From Candidatus Thorarchaeota archaeon (GTDB lineage: Archaea > Asgardarchaeota > Thorarchaeia > Thorarchaeales > Thorarchaeaceae), in NCBI GenBank assembly GCA_016933575.1, contig JAFGAR010000163.1, positions 1 through 54,728 of the forward strand: 54,728 nucleotides of DNA, in the 5' to 3' direction. Position numbers and translations under genes: made by a program. How positions within the stretch are numbered: position 1 is the first letter of the stretch; the number at the start of each line of letters is the position of its first letter. The notes under the pieces were generated by a model that saw nothing but the letters and a program-made list of their open reading frames with translations, was not told the origin of the DNA and did not search any database. Shown here piece after piece: positions 1-9,647 of this stretch.

Positions 1-147
1 ATAATTATTTATTAATAATAAAACTTATATAATAATGATTATCTTCAAACATCAACAAACTTGGAGATGATTCTTGGGCGGGACATACTCAAAGATTCAT
101 TACCAGGTAGAATCAATACATATTACCAACAATGGAGATGTAAAGAA

Positions 148-798
148 ATGGAAGAAACAAAAGTTGAGAAGAGAATGCTTCTGATTGGGGAAGAAGCACC
201 AGATTTTGAGGCTGTCACTACTGACGGTCCAATCAAGTTCAGTGAGTGGGCAAAGGGTCATTGGGTCATATTATTCTCACACCCTGCTGACTTTACTCCC
301 GTTTGTACCACTGAGTTCATGGCATTCGCTGATATCTATCCGGAACTGAAAGAGAGAGGAGTCAAACTCATCGGACTCAGCATTGATAGCATCTATTCAC
401 ACATTTCGTGGCTTAGAACCATCAAGGAGAAGCTCGGAAAAGAGATTCCATTCCCAGTCATCGAAGACCTGAGCATGAACGTTGCTTCAAAATACGGAAT
501 GGTTCATCCGTCACAGAGTGCAACTGCTGCCGTACGTGCAGTGTTTTTCATTGATCCTAACTTCAAGCTACGCGCATTGGTCTACTACCCATTGAGCACT
601 GGTCGTAACATGGCAGAATTCCTTCGTGTCATTGACGCATTTCAGACAGCTGACAAGCATAACGTTGCAACCCCAGCCAACTGGCACCCCGGAGATGAGG
701 TCATTGTACCTCCTCCAAAGACATCTGCTGCAGCAGAGAAACGCATGTCAGAAGGATATGACTGCACTGACTGGTTCTTCTGTAAGAAGAAGCTCTAG
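148..798 (+). CDS. Peroxiredoxin (Prx6 / archaeal thioredoxin peroxidase type)
   Basis: FSHPADFTPVCTTEF peroxidatic-Cys motif, YYPLSTGRN, TPANW, C-terminal CxDWFFC. Start moved to ATG 148, which follows GGAG at 134-137. Confidence 0.93.
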   Translation: MEETKVEKRMLLIGEEAPDFEAVTTDGPIKFSEWAKGHWVILFSHPADFTPVCTTEFMAFADIYPELKERGVKLIGLSIDSIYSHISWLRTIKEKLGKEIPFPVIEDLSMNVASKYGMVHPSQSATAAVRAVFFIDPNFKLRALVYYPLSTGRNMAEFLRVIDAFQTADKHNVATPANWHPGDEVIVPPPKTSAAAEKRMSEGYDCTDWFFCKKKL

Positions 799-811
799 GA
801 TTACTATTCTT

Positions 812-845
812 GTGGGGTAATTATGCCCCACGCTCTTTTTATTTT
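812..845 (+). terminator. Hairpin plus T-tract after peroxiredoxin
   Basis: GTGGGGTA-atta-TGCCCCAC stem (812-831) followed by CTCTTTTTATTTT. Confidence 0.65.
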
Positions 846-965
846 CAATCACTTGTTTATGCTCTATTTTGAAATCATAGAACACGTGTTCTAATTTTTT
901 AATCATACTTATAGGTATGTTCAATCAATCTTCTTGAAATTGAAATTACTTGGAGGAACGAGCAA

Positions 966-1757
966 TTGGTATTCAATCCTTTAGGCCCAGGTCTTGAAAT
1001 CGTCTGGGACATCATTGCAATGATCATTTCAATCGTTGCAGTCATGATGGTTGTTATGATCAATGGAGCAATTCAGAAGAGTGGGAAACTATCTTCTGAT
1101 GTAACCCGTAAGATTGTGCACATCTTTGCTGCACCAGTCTTTCTGGTTACTTGGCTGTTGTATAGTGGTACTGTATTCAGTCGGTATCTTGCTTTAATCG
1201 TACCCATTCTATTTGTCCTACTCTTCGTAGGAATAGGTACCGGCAAAGTCGTAAATGAGGCCTTTGTAGGTTCAATGTCACGATCAGGTGATGCAAGTGA
1301 GCTCTTGAAAGGAACACTCTACTATGCTTTGATGATCTGTATCGTAACACTACTCTGGTTCTATGCCCCTGCTGGAAATCCAACAGCGTTCGTCATACTT
1401 GGTTGTCTTGCAGGCGGTGATGGATTAGCGGATGTTATAGGACGTAAATATGGTGGAGAACGTAAGTTTGGTGTCGGTGGTGCGGAAAAGACAGCTGCAG
1501 GGTCTATTGGTATGTTCATAGGTTCATTCCTGTTCAGCTACATTCTAATTGCAATCTTCTCATTGGAATATGCAACGTTCGATATTGTAGCACTATTTCT
1601 GCCGATACTGATAATCTCCCTCGTGGCTACAATAGTTGAAGCGCTATCACCAAAGAACCTTGACAACTGGACAGTTCCGATTGCAGTAATTGTGATGGTT
1701 ATTCTATTCATCTATCTGACTCCTGCTTGGTGGCCTTTCGCAGTACTGACAATCTAA
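966..1757 (+). CDS. CTP-dependent prenyl-alcohol kinase (phytol/farnesol/dolichol kinase family), integral membrane
   Basis: TRKIVHI, LKGTLYY, GDGLADVIGRKYG, KTAAGS and LDNWTVP motifs; multiple TM segments; TTG start after GGAGG. Confidence 0.85.
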   Translation: MVFNPLGPGLEIVWDIIAMIISIVAVMMVVMINGAIQKSGKLSSDVTRKIVHIFAAPVFLVTWLLYSGTVFSRYLALIVPILFVLLFVGIGTGKVVNEAFVGSMSRSGDASELLKGTLYYALMICIVTLLWFYAPAGNPTAFVILGCLAGGDGLADVIGRKYGGERKFGVGGAEKTAAGSIGMFIGSFLFSYILIAIFSLEYATFDIVALFLPILIISLVATIVEALSPKNLDNWTVPIAVIVMVILFIYLTPAWWPFAVLTI

Positions 1758-1778
1758 TAATCGGGTGGTAACTGAAGA

Positions 1779-2597
1779 ATGGAGAAAGAGCTCACGGTAA
1801 TCAAGTTGGGCGGGTCGCTTCTCACTGACAAGTCCAAGCCTTATGAGGCAAGAAAGTCCATAATCGCGGCCACTGCAAGGGAGCTCAAGGAATGCATTGA
1901 TGAAGGTCTTATCGAGTCCCTAGTCATTGTTCATGGCGTAGGGTCTTTTGGTCACCCACCAGTCCTTGAACATAAATTGTACAAGGGATTCACAGGGCCT
2001 GAACAATTCATTCCTCTCTCCAAGACTCAAGGCATCGTGAATGAATTTCGTCTGATGATTACAAAGGAATTCCAAGATGCTGGGCTACCAGTGAACCTTC
2101 TTCACCCGTCCTCAATGCTCGTAGCAGAGAAGATGCGAATAACCAAGACGTCATTCGAGTCCCTACGGGGTTGGATGACCTTAGGGATGATACCCCTTCT
2201 TGGAGGCGATCTTCTCTATGATCGGACTATGGGGTTCTGCATAGGAAGTGGTGATGAGTTAGCTATAGTCTTGGCTCGAGATCTTCGTGCAAAGCGTCTG
2301 ATCTTCGCCTTAGATGAGCTTGGGGTCTATGATGGTGACCCAAAGAAGAATCCACAAGCAAAATTGATGACGCGTATCGATATCAATGACCTTGATAGCA
2401 TTCTAGAAGGATTAGAACAGCTAGGGAAGGGAGATGCAAGTGGGGCAATGAAGGGTAAACTATCATACATCTCCGTTGTCAAGGACCTGATTGAAGGCGG
2501 TCTAGATACAACCTTGCTTTCAATGATGAAATATGGAAACTTGAAGGCTCTACTAGAGGGTCAAGATATTCCATGCACTAGAATAGTAAGCAAGTAA
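1779..2597 (+). CDS. ipk: Isopentenyl phosphate kinase (amino-acid kinase fold)
   Basis: IKLGGSLLTDK, VHGVGSFGH with the IPK-specific His, SGD, GVYDGDP, GAMKGK. Confidence 0.88.
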   Translation: MEKELTVIKLGGSLLTDKSKPYEARKSIIAATARELKECIDEGLIESLVIVHGVGSFGHPPVLEHKLYKGFTGPEQFIPLSKTQGIVNEFRLMITKEFQDAGLPVNLLHPSSMLVAEKMRITKTSFESLRGWMTLGMIPLLGGDLLYDRTMGFCIGSGDELAIVLARDLRAKRLIFALDELGVYDGDPKKNPQAKLMTRIDINDLDSILEGLEQLGKGDASGAMKGKLSYISVVKDLIEGGLDTTLLSMMKYGNLKALLEGQDIPCTRIVSK

Positions 2598-2603
2598 AAC
2601 GTA

Positions 2604-2627
2604 GTGTGGGACTCTAATGTTCCACAC
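2604..2627. terminator. Hairpin between convergent genes
   Basis: GTGTGGGAC-tctaat-GTTCCACAC inverted repeat in the 32-nt gap between convergent stop codons. Confidence 0.55.
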
Positions 2628-2629
2628 AC

Positions 2630-3853
2630 TCATTTTCTTTGAGCATGAACCAGAGAATCATAGATGGTGAGCATCTCTTCAGAATGATTCTTGATATTAA
2701 ATCGTGATTCAGCGGTTCTTCTTGCATTGACACCTAGTCTTTTTTGAAGATTATCATCCTGTAATAAGGACCGGATGCTATCTACTAGCTCCTTCAAACT
2801 ATCCGGAGAAATCATCAGTCCATTCTCGTTATGCGTAACTATCTCACTTGGGCCAAAGACATTCGTTGTAATTACAGGCACACCACAGGCCATAGCTTCG
2901 ACTATTGAGAGTCCAAATGGTTCCTCTCGCGATGGGTAGATGAATATTCTACTCTGGTTGATAAGCTCAGGTACCCTCTTGGTGTCCACTACACCTAGAT
3001 AGTCCACCAAGTTAGATACTCCTGCAGTTTTGAATTGCTTCAGCAAGCCTTCTCTAAGTAATCCTTCTCCTGTCATCAAGAAGCGCAGATTTGGGAAGTC
3101 ATCTCTCAGGTTTATTAGCATCTCAGGAAAGAGATCCACTGCCTTCATCCTCTCAAGCCGCCCCATGAAAGCAATATCCCATCTCTTTTGAGTTATAGTC
3201 TGCGGAGTAAAGACTGATAGGTCAATACCAAGATAGCACGTGCGTACTGGAGTGACGATTTTTTTCTTCCCAAGATAATAACGCAATACTTCAGTCACAT
3301 TCTTACTCACTCCCAGAACCAGATCAAAAGGACAAGCACTGACAAATTCGTCATAATCAGTAGTCTTCTTTTCTCCTGGTAAAACCAGTGGTTTGGGTCG
3401 CCCGTGAATAGTGATAAGGAGCGGGATGTTGCTAATTCTCCCCTTCTCTCTCAGACCCATAAGCACTCTATTGAAAATAACATAGGTACTGTGCGCATGA
3501 ATGATGTCCGGTCTGGTTTCATTGATGGTCTCTAGCAGTTGTTCTTGTAATGATTCTACGTTCTTCTCTAGGTCGTCATCCCTAAACATCTGCGAAGCCT
3601 CACGTTCTCTTTCTTTTTCAGGAAGGGAATAGAAAATCCATTTTCTTGCTTCGAGAAGATTTCCTTGGAGGTACCTCACTGTGTAGTGAGTGTAGGCTAT
3701 TGATGCTGGCGTGTCCTGTCTAGGTGCCTGAGTGACGACTATTGATTCATGCCCAAGTCCTGCTAGATGTTTTGACAGATAATGAAGGTATGACTCATAC
3801 CCCCCAAGACCGGCAGGATTAAGGCTGTCACATAGATGTAGAATCTTCATCAT
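2630..3853 (-). CDS. Glycosyltransferase family 4 (GT-B)
   Basis: GG.E N-terminus, PDIIHAH, FMGRLERMKA, PSREEPFGLSIVEAMACGVPVI. Confidence 0.92.
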   Translation of the reverse strand: MMKILHLCDSLNPAGLGGYESYLHYLSKHLAGLGHESIVVTQAPRQDTPASIAYTHYTVRYLQGNLLEARKWIFYSLPEKEREREASQMFRDDDLEKNVESLQEQLLETINETRPDIIHAHSTYVIFNRVLMGLREKGRISNIPLLITIHGRPKPLVLPGEKKTTDYDEFVSACPFDLVLGVSKNVTEVLRYYLGKKKIVTPVRTCYLGIDLSVFTPQTITQKRWDIAFMGRLERMKAVDLFPEMLINLRDDFPNLRFLMTGEGLLREGLLKQFKTAGVSNLVDYLGVVDTKRVPELINQSRIFIYPSREEPFGLSIVEAMACGVPVITTNVFGPSEIVTHNENGLMISPDSLKELVDSIRSLLQDDNLQKRLGVNARRTAESRFNIKNHSEEMLTIYDSLVHAQRK

Positions 3854-3914
3854 TCAACCTCCAGTATCGTCCAGGTTTAAGTTAGAGTAGTGTCTTTCTA
3901 ATCTATCTAGCTAT

Positions 3915-4994
3915 TTGATGACCCTGTTCTCTGAGGTCAAAGATGTGCCAGAAGAAAAAATCGTGAAATCTCCAATAGAACCACGTGATCGTGATATCTT
4001 CAGAGACCACCAGCATAGACTATTTGTTGTCCTCGGGTATATTCAACCCACTGATAGAGTACTATCTTATCTAAAGTACGTTCCCGATGAAGATGGAATG
4101 TGGAAGACTGCTGATACCCATTACCGTCGTGTATTTTGGGGAAGTGTCGACTCAACAGTTGAGGGGATGACAATCCTCCCCGAGGATTACATAATACTAG
4201 ACACCCATTTCAATACAAATCTTGTTGAACCTCCCTGTGAAGCAGTTGAGAAGTTCTATTGTCCGGAAGAACGGCTTCAGGAGATTCTCAATGATTCTCA
4301 GGATGCACTCGAAGAACTAACGAAAAAAGCTGCAGAGCTTCTCCATGATAGACTTGGGATTCCTATGAAGAATCTTGGAGTTGCAGGTAGTATTCTCTGG
4401 AGAGGTCATAGTCCCACCCGTTCAGACATAAACATGAACATCTATGGATATCAAGCATCCAGAGATCTTTTTGAGAACCTTGCTAACCTTGAGGGGGTTC
4501 CCGGTCTGGCCAGATTAAGGGAACTTCCTGAATGGGGAAACACAATCAAAAGAGTGCGTGAACGAATTCCCGTTCTCCAGTCAGTCGACCTCAACACCCT
4601 CTTCTCTCGACGACGAGCTCTCTGTCTTGAGAATAGATGTATAGGAATCACTCCTGTTCTCTATAACCAAGAGGCTCCAATCCACCATGGGTCCGAGTCA
4701 TATACCACACTGAAGAGTGACCCTGTCAAATGCAGATTGACCATTGAGAATGCGGATTATGGCATCTTCCATCCAGCCATCTATGGAACCTCTCCTGTCA
4801 TATATGATGGTCTGACCATTGATCGCATCTTGGTCTTTGATGGAGCCTTTGGAGGGCTTTTTGTTGAGGGCGACTCTGTAGAGGTTTCTGGTACACTTCA
4901 AAAGGTCTTGGTATCTGAGGACCAACGAGAGTTCTATCAGATAATGGTGGGTACTAAGGCTGGCTCAGGAAAGGAATACATTCGATTTCTCTAG
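3915..4994 (+). CDS. Predicted archaeal nucleotidyltransferase-fold protein (COG1665-like)
   Basis: GVAGSILW...SDINMNIYG (GS plus DxD-like, here DxN), SYLKYVP, C-terminal OB-like VEVSGTL. True start may be GTG 3945 after GAGGT. Confidence 0.65.
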   Translation: MMTLFSEVKDVPEEKIVKSPIEPRDRDIFRDHQHRLFVVLGYIQPTDRVLSYLKYVPDEDGMWKTADTHYRRVFWGSVDSTVEGMTILPEDYIILDTHFNTNLVEPPCEAVEKFYCPEERLQEILNDSQDALEELTKKAAELLHDRLGIPMKNLGVAGSILWRGHSPTRSDINMNIYGYQASRDLFENLANLEGVPGLARLRELPEWGNTIKRVRERIPVLQSVDLNTLFSRRRALCLENRCIGITPVLYNQEAPIHHGSESYTTLKSDPVKCRLTIENADYGIFHPAIYGTSPVIYDGLTIDRILVFDGAFGGLFVEGDSVEVSGTLQKVLVSEDQREFYQIMVGTKAGSGKEYIRFL

Positions 4995-5039
4995 AGAGTA
5001 CCATCACAACTATCTTAGGTAGCTTGTCATATTCCGAGG

Positions 5040-6101
5040 ATGATGTCATCTGAGCGATTTTATGTCAGTGTCCCAGTTCGATATGGAGAGCAGATACGGA
5101 AGATTCTATCAGAGATGAATCTTCTTGATGGCGATTTCAAGATAATCTCAGAGAGCGGCACCTTATTTCTCCCAACAACCAATGAGATAGCTCTGAATAG
5201 AATTCATGCAATAGCCAAAGATTTACCATTAGAGATAGGCAGACGCTCCTTTGAAATGACGAATCAAGGTCCTCGGACATTATCTGAGGCATTAGATGGA
5301 AGACTTCCCTCTGAGAAACTTGCTCTTCTTCCAAGAGCCTATGACCTAGTAGGCGATATTGCTGTTCTGGAGATCCCAGACGAGCTCGCTTCTCACTCCA
5401 AACTTATTGGTGAAGTCTTTCATAGCATACATCGGAATTTCAACGTGGTTCTTGCGAAAAGAGGTGCTGTTTCAGGAGTTACACGTGTCCGACAATATGA
5501 TTTTCTCTCTGGAGAAGAAAGAACAAAGACAATCCATACCGAGTATGGATGTCGTCTAGCGGTAGATCTCGAGAAGGCATACTTTAGCCCCCGTTTACTT
5601 GAGGAGCATAATCGAGTTGCACAACTAGTAGAGGAGAATGAAGTCGTTATTGATATGTTCTGTGGAGTTGGTCCTTTTGCAATTCATATTGCACGGCTGA
5701 AACAGGCTCAAATCATTGCTATAGATGTTAATCCTGCGGCAATCGCACTTCTCAAGGAGAGTATCTCACTTAATCGACTTGTTGGATCAATTATTCCAGT
5801 AGTGGCGGATGCTCATGAATACATCAATGACCACGAATTGCATGCTGACCGCGTCATAATGAACCATCCTTCAGGTGCATCCAATTTTATCCTTGACGCA
5901 TGTAGAATCTTGGAAGCTGGAGGCATCATTCATTACTATGATTTCATCGGGGGTGACAATCCCGAGAATACATTGACTGAGAAGATATGTAAGTTGATAG
6001 AAGAAGGTGGACGTTCAGTAAAACAGGTCTCCACTATTAGAAGAGTACGAGATAGTGCTCCTTATGAGTATCAAATGGTAGCAGACATTATTCTCGATTG
6101 A
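5040..6101 (+). CDS. trm5: tRNA (guanine37-N1)-methyltransferase Trm5 family
   Basis: YDLVGDIAVL, YFSPRL..EH.R, DMFCGVGPF SAM motif, DRVIMNHP. Confidence 0.88.
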   Translation: MMSSERFYVSVPVRYGEQIRKILSEMNLLDGDFKIISESGTLFLPTTNEIALNRIHAIAKDLPLEIGRRSFEMTNQGPRTLSEALDGRLPSEKLALLPRAYDLVGDIAVLEIPDELASHSKLIGEVFHSIHRNFNVVLAKRGAVSGVTRVRQYDFLSGEERTKTIHTEYGCRLAVDLEKAYFSPRLLEEHNRVAQLVEENEVVIDMFCGVGPFAIHIARLKQAQIIAIDVNPAAIALLKESISLNRLVGSIIPVVADAHEYINDHELHADRVIMNHPSGASNFILDACRILEAGGIIHYYDFIGGDNPENTLTEKICKLIEEGGRSVKQVSTIRRVRDSAPYEYQMVADIILD

Positions 6102-6516
6102 TGAACTGAATCTCGCAATGAAGAATAGAATCAGGTCTTTTGAGATGATTGATGAATTCTTTGTTCAGGTCAGAAGCTGCCTTATCTGCTTTCACCATGA
6201 GAGTCCGACCGCATTCAAATAAGCTCGTTCTTGTAACCATACTAATTGAGTCTGAATAGGTGAGTCTCTTACTACCAGTCCCTGTCACCTGTTCAGTAAT
6301 ACCTTCTATCTCCATGATAAGTACTATTGTAGTAGTTTCCAATTTTGCTAGGTTCTTCATTTCTGCATCAATATCTAATAGAGTAAGATTCGACCGCACT
6401 CCAATAATGCAAGTTCCTTGTTTTGTGAGGTGGCTCTCTGAGGTTATCTCAATAGTAGATTTATGATCTCCAATTACATTCTCGTGTCCATAGGCAGTGA
6501 ATCGTATTTTTCGCAT
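6088..6516 (-). CDS. DUF371 family protein
   Basis: GHENV...HKSTIEIT.E..LT..GTCIIGV and ADKAASDL motifs. Confidence 0.85.
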   Translation of the reverse strand: MRKIRFTAYGHENVIGDHKSTIEITSESHLTKQGTCIIGVRSNLTLLDIDAEMKNLAKLETTTIVLIMEIEGITEQVTGTGSKRLTYSDSISMVTRTSLFECGRTLMVKADKAASDLNKEFINHLKRPDSILHCEIQFINRE

Positions 6517-6574
6517 GAATTTCTACTTCTACCAATCCTTTTATGAATCCATGTCCTCTCAGTTTGTGATTTGT

Positions 6575-7252
6575 ATGCCTAAGGAACAGTTCAGTAAAGC
6601 AGTGGATGATTTAGTACAGAGGCTACGAAATGCTGGATATCTTGTTAGCGATGAGATGGAACGAGCAGTCCGGGCTGTTCCAAGGGAGGAATTTGTACAT
6701 CCATCGACAAGAGAACATGCCTATCGAGACAACCCACTCTCTATAGGACTTGGGCAGACAATATCTGCTCCTCATATGTGTGTAATAATGTGTGAAGGCT
6801 TGAAACTGAAACCAGGCTTAAAGGTCCTCGAGGTAGGGGCAGGTTCTGGTTACCATGCAGCTCTATGTGCGGAAATGGTTGCTCCTAAGAGGTCTTCAGA
6901 ACAGGGCCATGTATATACAATCGAAATAGTCGAAGGACTAATCGAGTTCTCTCAGAAAAACTTGGAACGTACTGGTTATGCTGATCGGGTCACATTGGTT
7001 CGAGGGGATGGCGGATTAGGTCTTCCAGAACATGCACCCTATGATCGCATACTTGTTGCTGCAGCTGCACCAGATATACCACCTCCACTTATTGAACAAC
7101 TAGCCCCTAATGGAATCATGCTCATTCCTATCGGAAGCAGAGGATTCTTCCAAGACTTGTTTAAGATCGAAAAAGACAAGGATGGGAAAATCACTCGCCG
7201 CAATTGGGGTGGTGTAGCATTTGTACCTTTGACTGGAGAGTATGGTCACTAG
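6575..7252 (+). CDS. pcm: Protein-L-isoaspartate O-methyltransferase
   Basis: VPREEF, GQTISAPHM, VLEVGAGSGY, APYDRI, VAFVPL. Start set at ATG 6575 to avoid overlap with the DUF371 gene. Confidence 0.93.
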   Translation: MPKEQFSKAVDDLVQRLRNAGYLVSDEMERAVRAVPREEFVHPSTREHAYRDNPLSIGLGQTISAPHMCVIMCEGLKLKPGLKVLEVGAGSGYHAALCAEMVAPKRSSEQGHVYTIEIVEGLIEFSQKNLERTGYADRVTLVRGDGGLGLPEHAPYDRILVAAAAPDIPPPLIEQLAPNGIMLIPIGSRGFFQDLFKIEKDKDGKITRRNWGGVAFVPLTGEYGH

Positions 7253-7254
7253 TC

Positions 7255-7944
7255 CTAGGTCACCATATGAAGTGGAATGACAGTCAAAGTCACCTTGTCA
7301 TCATCACCAATATTCAATGTCTTTCGAATGTCCACTGGCGCGACAACTTCGAGAATATCTTCGCTATGATGAGTTCTCTGAGCCATCACTACCGCTGCTT
7401 CTATCTCATTGTTCACCTTTACACGGTAACAGATGACATCTCCGAATGTACGGCCCTTGTGCTGAAATCCATTGAGAACGAGTGGTGGTGTACTCTTCAT
7501 TCTTCCAATGGCTCTTCGTGCATCCTCATCCATGACCTTGACATTCAGAGTTCCAAGGTGTGGTCTGAAACCCAATGCACTCCTGAGCTTTGATGCATAC
7601 ACATCTACATAGTACGCACCTTCGCCTATTCCTGTGACAATCTTTCCTTCGATGACAATCTCATCCCGCGGCGGAGTGAAAGCCACCTCAAGATTTGTTA
7701 GAATCTGTACAAGTTCCGTTCTTCCTTTTTCAGTAATCTGTAGGAGCATTCCCTCTGCAGTATGTATCCTCATTATGTATCCCTGTTCTACACACTCCAC
7801 AATCCGTCTTGATGCAGTCTGTTGACTGACATCCATTATCTCCCCCAGCTCTTTCGTTGTAAGCACTGTCTTATTATGAATTGCTCCCTTATTTGCCAGC
7901 GAGTACAATGTAAACCATATTTCTGGTGTGATCATCTCAGTCAC
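7255..7944 (-). CDS. ribK: CTP-dependent riboflavin kinase with N-terminal HTH (RbkR-like)
   Basis: SQQTASRR HTH, G.GEGAYYV, LGFRPHLGTLN, RTHH...LEVVAP. Confidence 0.9.
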   Translation of the reverse strand: MTEMITPEIWFTLYSLANKGAIHNKTVLTTKELGEIMDVSQQTASRRIVECVEQGYIMRIHTAEGMLLQITEKGRTELVQILTNLEVAFTPPRDEIVIEGKIVTGIGEGAYYVDVYASKLRSALGFRPHLGTLNVKVMDEDARRAIGRMKSTPPLVLNGFQHKGRTFGDVICYRVKVNNEIEAAVVMAQRTHHSEDILEVVAPVDIRKTLNIGDDDKVTLTVIPLHMVT

Positions 7945-7963
7945 TCTCTATACTACTCTGTTA

Positions 7964-8596
7964 CTAATCACCTTTTATTCGCTTTTCAAAATCTGAGAGT
8001 TCCCTAACAAGTCTACTCTGACCGACTGCTCTTGTTAAATCCCCTCTTGTACGTTCAACTAGTGATCTACCCACATCACATTTTCTTCTCAAATCCGGGA
8101 CAAGTGCGTTTGGATAATCGAAATTCTGAAGACCTTCAAGTATATCCTCCATAAGATTCAACATGGTTTCTGCTCGATTCACATCATCTTTTCGTAGAAA
8201 GTCTAGTGCTGCTCTCCTCAGCTCACCGATAACATCTGCAAGTCCAGTTAAATACGGTCTAGATGGGATTTGATACTCACTGGGCATTGTGTATTTGCCT
8301 TTTTCAATTAGAGATAACAAATTCACAGCCTCAGCAAGTTCTTGATAAGCCACATCTAGGACTCTTGATGCTGACATGAAACTACTATCAACAATTGATT
8401 CCGTGGCTTCATCTACTATCTTACGAGCATCGGAGATCAATTTCCATGCATCTTCGTATGCTCCTTTGTGAGTCTTCTTGATAGATTCACTACATTTACG
8501 AATAGCTTCCCTACTTAGCGGAAGTACCTTCTCTCGAACCTTGTCATCCGCATCAATTTCATCGCGCAAGCCCTGAAGTATCTCTAAAAATTCCAT
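7964..8596 (-). CDS. Translin/TRAX (C3PO-like) family protein
   Basis: QELAEA, YLTGLADVIGELRR, LRRKCDV.R. Confidence 0.88.
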   Translation of the reverse strand: MEFLEILQGLRDEIDADDKVREKVLPLSREAIRKCSESIKKTHKGAYEDAWKLISDARKIVDEATESIVDSSFMSASRVLDVAYQELAEAVNLLSLIEKGKYTMPSEYQIPSRPYLTGLADVIGELRRAALDFLRKDDVNRAETMLNLMEDILEGLQNFDYPNALVPDLRRKCDVGRSLVERTRGDLTRAVGQSRLVRELSDFEKRIKGD

Positions 8597-8608
8597 ATCT
8601 GTTCACCT

Positions 8609-9580
8609 TCAAAGTGTCTGAATCTTCTTTATGTCTTTACTCTGGGACAATAATACTACTCTACTTTCAATCTGTTCGTCAACTAGATAGTAACCAGTTA
8701 AATCTGCAAGTTTCTTTGAAAAGGCTCGAATATCTCTATGAGATGGAGCATTCTCGCTGGCAAGACGACCTCTTGACGAGCCCAGGAACATATAGCCTTT
8801 GACTTCAACAAAATCAGGCTCGCCTCGCAGAATAAGATCCGAATACTTTCTTGGGCTATGCATATTCTCTCTTGCAACCATCGTTAATCTGTTAACAGTC
8901 CTAGTAGAAAGAGTACGAAGCACTTCTTGACTCTCAAGAATATTCTGCCATCCATCCTTGATACCGGGTCTGCATAATGTTTTGTAGGTCTTTTCATCAG
9001 GGGCAGCAAGTGTGACATATAGCTGCGTCGGTTCAGTCATCTCTCTAAGCACATTCGGTCGTGTTCCATTCGTCACCAGAAAAGATGTCATCCCCCGATT
9101 ATGTACCTCATCAATCAGCTCGCTAATCAGAGGGTATAATGTGGGTTCACCAGCTAGAGAGATAGCAACATGTCTTGGTTCTCTTGCTTCCAAATACTTG
9201 TTTCTTGAAACATCTGCACCAGCATCTGGGTTGTACCCGCCGAGTGACCTCAAATTAGCCATGAGCACTGCATCCATTAACTCATCCACGGCAACAACAT
9301 CCTCTCTTGACACACTTGTCTGATCCCAGGTAATCCCGATATCATGAGGTGTGACTCGCCAGCAAAAGGAGCATGTCTGTGTGCATTTGTCAACAACTGG
9401 TGTCATCTGGAGACAACGGTGTGATTCAATACCATAGAACTTCTGTTTGTAGCAGACGTCACCATATACAAGAGATTTCTTCTGCCACTGACATGCTTTG
9501 TAAGCCCCTCTCTTACCAAGTAGATGATACCCTTGTCTCTCAAGTTTCTCTCTTAGTTCAATAGGCATGTCTGAGTTCAA
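8609..9580 (-). CDS. taw1: 4-demethylwyosine synthase (radical SAM)
   Basis: CYKQKFYGIESHRCLQMTP, CTQTCSFCWR (CxxxCxxC), AISLAGEPT, FLVTNG, EVKGYM..G.SR. Confidence 0.93.
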   Translation of the reverse strand: MNSDMPIELREKLERQGYHLLGKRGAYKACQWQKKSLVYGDVCYKQKFYGIESHRCLQMTPVVDKCTQTCSFCWRVTPHDIGITWDQTSVSREDVVAVDELMDAVLMANLRSLGGYNPDAGADVSRNKYLEAREPRHVAISLAGEPTLYPLISELIDEVHNRGMTSFLVTNGTRPNVLREMTEPTQLYVTLAAPDEKTYKTLCRPGIKDGWQNILESQEVLRTLSTRTVNRLTMVARENMHSPRKYSDLILRGEPDFVEVKGYMFLGSSRGRLASENAPSHRDIRAFSKKLADLTGYYLVDEQIESRVVLLSQSKDIKKIQTL

Positions 9581-9647
9581 TATGGTTCATTGATTGTTTC
9601 TTAGGATGTCTTATCAGCATTTAGCAAGGTCCATGATTTCAGAATGG

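Noticed and set aside
61-147. N-terminal extension of the peroxiredoxin ORF
   Set aside because: It lies in the promoter/leader region; ATG 148 has an RBS and gives a normal-length protein.
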